Source: Scyliorhinus canicula
Taxonomy: Eukaryota
Assembly: GCF_902713615.1 (NCBI RefSeq)
Contig: NW_024055497.1
Location: 1,903,584-1,967,583 of the forward strand
DNA length: 64,000 nt
Reading direction: 5' to 3'
Position numbers and translations under genes: made by a program. Shown in pieces: positions 62,310 through 64,000 of the stretch. The first letter of the stretch is position 1; each line of letters begins with the position of its first letter. The notes below the pieces were generated by a model. It saw only the letters and a program-made list of their open reading frames with translations. It searched no databases and was not told the origin of the DNA.

Positions 62310-62720
62310 CCACTCACCCGCCTGAATCCAGCTTCATATCCAGACTACGCATGCTCCAACTCACAATGGCTGGGGAGTGATTGACGGTGGCTGCTGACCA
62401 ATAGGAAGAGTGCAGTCCAGGAGTGGCTTTACCGGCCGCCATCTTGGGAAAGGGAGGCGGTTCTTTTTTTCTTGGAGCGGAGCGCTGGGGCGGCCATCTT
62501 AGTATGGGAAGAGGGAGTGCCCGGTGACAGGCCGCGGGGCAACCGGCGACCGCCGCCATCTTTGGAATGGAAGACGGGTCTTTTGTTCCGGGAGCGGAGC
62601 GCTGGAGCGGCCATCTTAGTACAGGAAGACGGAGTGGGCGGGACTTTCTCCCCGGTGACAGGCCCCGGGTCACCCGGCGGGCGCCGCCATCTTATGGCGG
62701 GATTTACTATCCGGGTCTTC
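62310..62720 (-). promoter_or_regulatory. CpG promoter/exon 1 of ZNF-G with clustered YY1 sites
   Basis: Donor at 62316-62317, TGATTGACGG-N10-CCAAT at 62378-62402, five GCCATCTT motifs in a ~118-bp duplication. Confidence 0.8.
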
Positions 62721-63471
62721 AGTGAAGGACAATGAGCTGGAGCTGAGGTTGCAAAGTGTTCAGAGGAAGGTCTGGAATCAGAATTACAGCCAAATATCTG
62801 TAAGAACCACAAAGTTCACCTTCATTATGTTTGTCAAATGAAATCATAATGCTGCAAACTCTCAGTTCTGAAGAAGAATCAGATTGCATTGGAAATGTTA
62901 ACTCTCTCTCTTCACAGAAGCTGCCAAACCTGCTGAGGATTTCCACAACTTTCTGTTTTCACTTCACATTTCCAGCTTCCGCAGGGTTTTACTCAAATTA
63001 TTATTATGTTTTTGAAATGTTGTTTCATAACCTGTTCAGAGTAAAATAATTGTCATTATTTAAATGTCCAAATCAGTGAGATATAGTTGTTTAACTGAGA
63101 CTGGGCTGTTCAGGAGCAATGTCAGAAATCACTTCATAGAAAATATCGTGAAACCTGGAATTCTATTCAGATTGTCAGTAGAAAGTTTAAAAACTGAGAT
63201 TGATTTAAGTTTGTGAGACAAGATTATTAAGGGTTATTAAATGAAGGTAGCCGGGTGGGCTGAACAGACACGTCAGACATCTGCACGCTGTAGCTTAATG
63301 TCTGTGGTTGGACTGATTCTGGTTTTCTTTTAATAATCTTTATTGTCACAAGTAGTCTTACATTTGCATTGCAATGAAGTTACTGTGAAAAGCCCCTAGT
63401 CACCACATTCCAGTGCCTGTTCGGGTACACATAAGAGAATTCAGAATGTCCAAATCACCTAACAACACGTA

Positions 63472-63814
63472 CATAAAACATAGAACAGTACAGCACAGAA
63501 CAGGCCCTTCGGCCCTCGATGTTGTGCCGAGCAATGATCACCCTACTCAAACCCACGTATCCACCCTATACCCGTAACCCAACAACCCCCCCCCAACCTT
63601 ACTTTTTAGGACACTACGGGCAATTTAGCATAGCCAATCCACCTAACCCGCACATCTTTGGACTGTGGGAGGAAACCGGAGCACCCGGAGGAAACCCACG
63701 CACACACGGGGAGGACGTGCAGACTCCGCACAGACAGTGACCCAGCCGGGAACCGAACCTGGGACCCTGGAGCTGTGAAGCATTTATGCTAACCACCATG
63801 CTACTGTGCTGCCC
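63472..63814 (-). mobile_element. HE1-like V-SINE nested in another SINE (63330-63971)
   Basis: Full-length young copy splitting an older V-SINE. Confidence 0.9.
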
Positions 63815-64000
63815 CGTCTTTTGGGAGGAAACCGGAGCACCAAGCGGAAACCCACACAGGCACGGAGAGAACGTGCAGATTCCACACAGACAGTAACCCA
63901 AGCCAGGAATCGAACCTGGGACCTCAGCACTGTGAAGAAACAGTGCTTACCGCTGTGCTACCGTGCCACCCCTTAATTGGAAGAAAGGAAACCTCCCTGA

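Noticed and set aside
62760-62800. RNase P RNA (RPPH1 is near CCNB1IP1 in human) from GGAAGGTCTG
   Set aside because: Only a 10-nt match; no CR-V partner sequence or PSE/TATA layout

Overview
Eukaryotic (vertebrate) genomic DNA, most likely a cartilaginous fish (shark), inferred from abundant HE1-like V-SINEs and CR1/HER1-like LINEs. The window holds a cluster of KRAB-less tandem C2H2 zinc-finger genes: four apparently intact (3.3-4.2 kb -, 16.9-17.7 kb -, 26.6-27.9 kb +, 49.3-50.3 kb -), two disrupted (54.1-54.9 kb +, 60.7-61.7 kb -) and one or two leader-only remnants near 7.2-8.2 kb. All are built from one stereotyped cassette: a CpG promoter with YY1/NRF1/CCAAT sites (in four copies also a fixed-spacing TGATTGACGG-N10-CCAAT element), a short first exon, a leader of fossil zinc fingers, the array, and a conserved post-stop tail. 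In the middle sits an intact three-coding-exon CCNB1IP1/HEI10 meiotic RING E3 ligase gene (34253-43832, +, 280 aa). Its first exon is flanked by tandem copies of its own start codon region and its own splice-donor region. Its intron 2 is almost entirely two satellites: a 52-bp SINE-derived array and a 23-bp G-rich array. The rest is nested mobile DNA: CR1, L1/Tx1, RTE, Rex1/Babar and Penelope fragments, several SINE families with interchangeable tails, a hAT MITE, Harbinger-like elements, deleted LTR elements, and ~100-bp insertions carrying minimal hammerhead-ribozyme motifs. All calls are by-eye; repeat boundaries are approximate.
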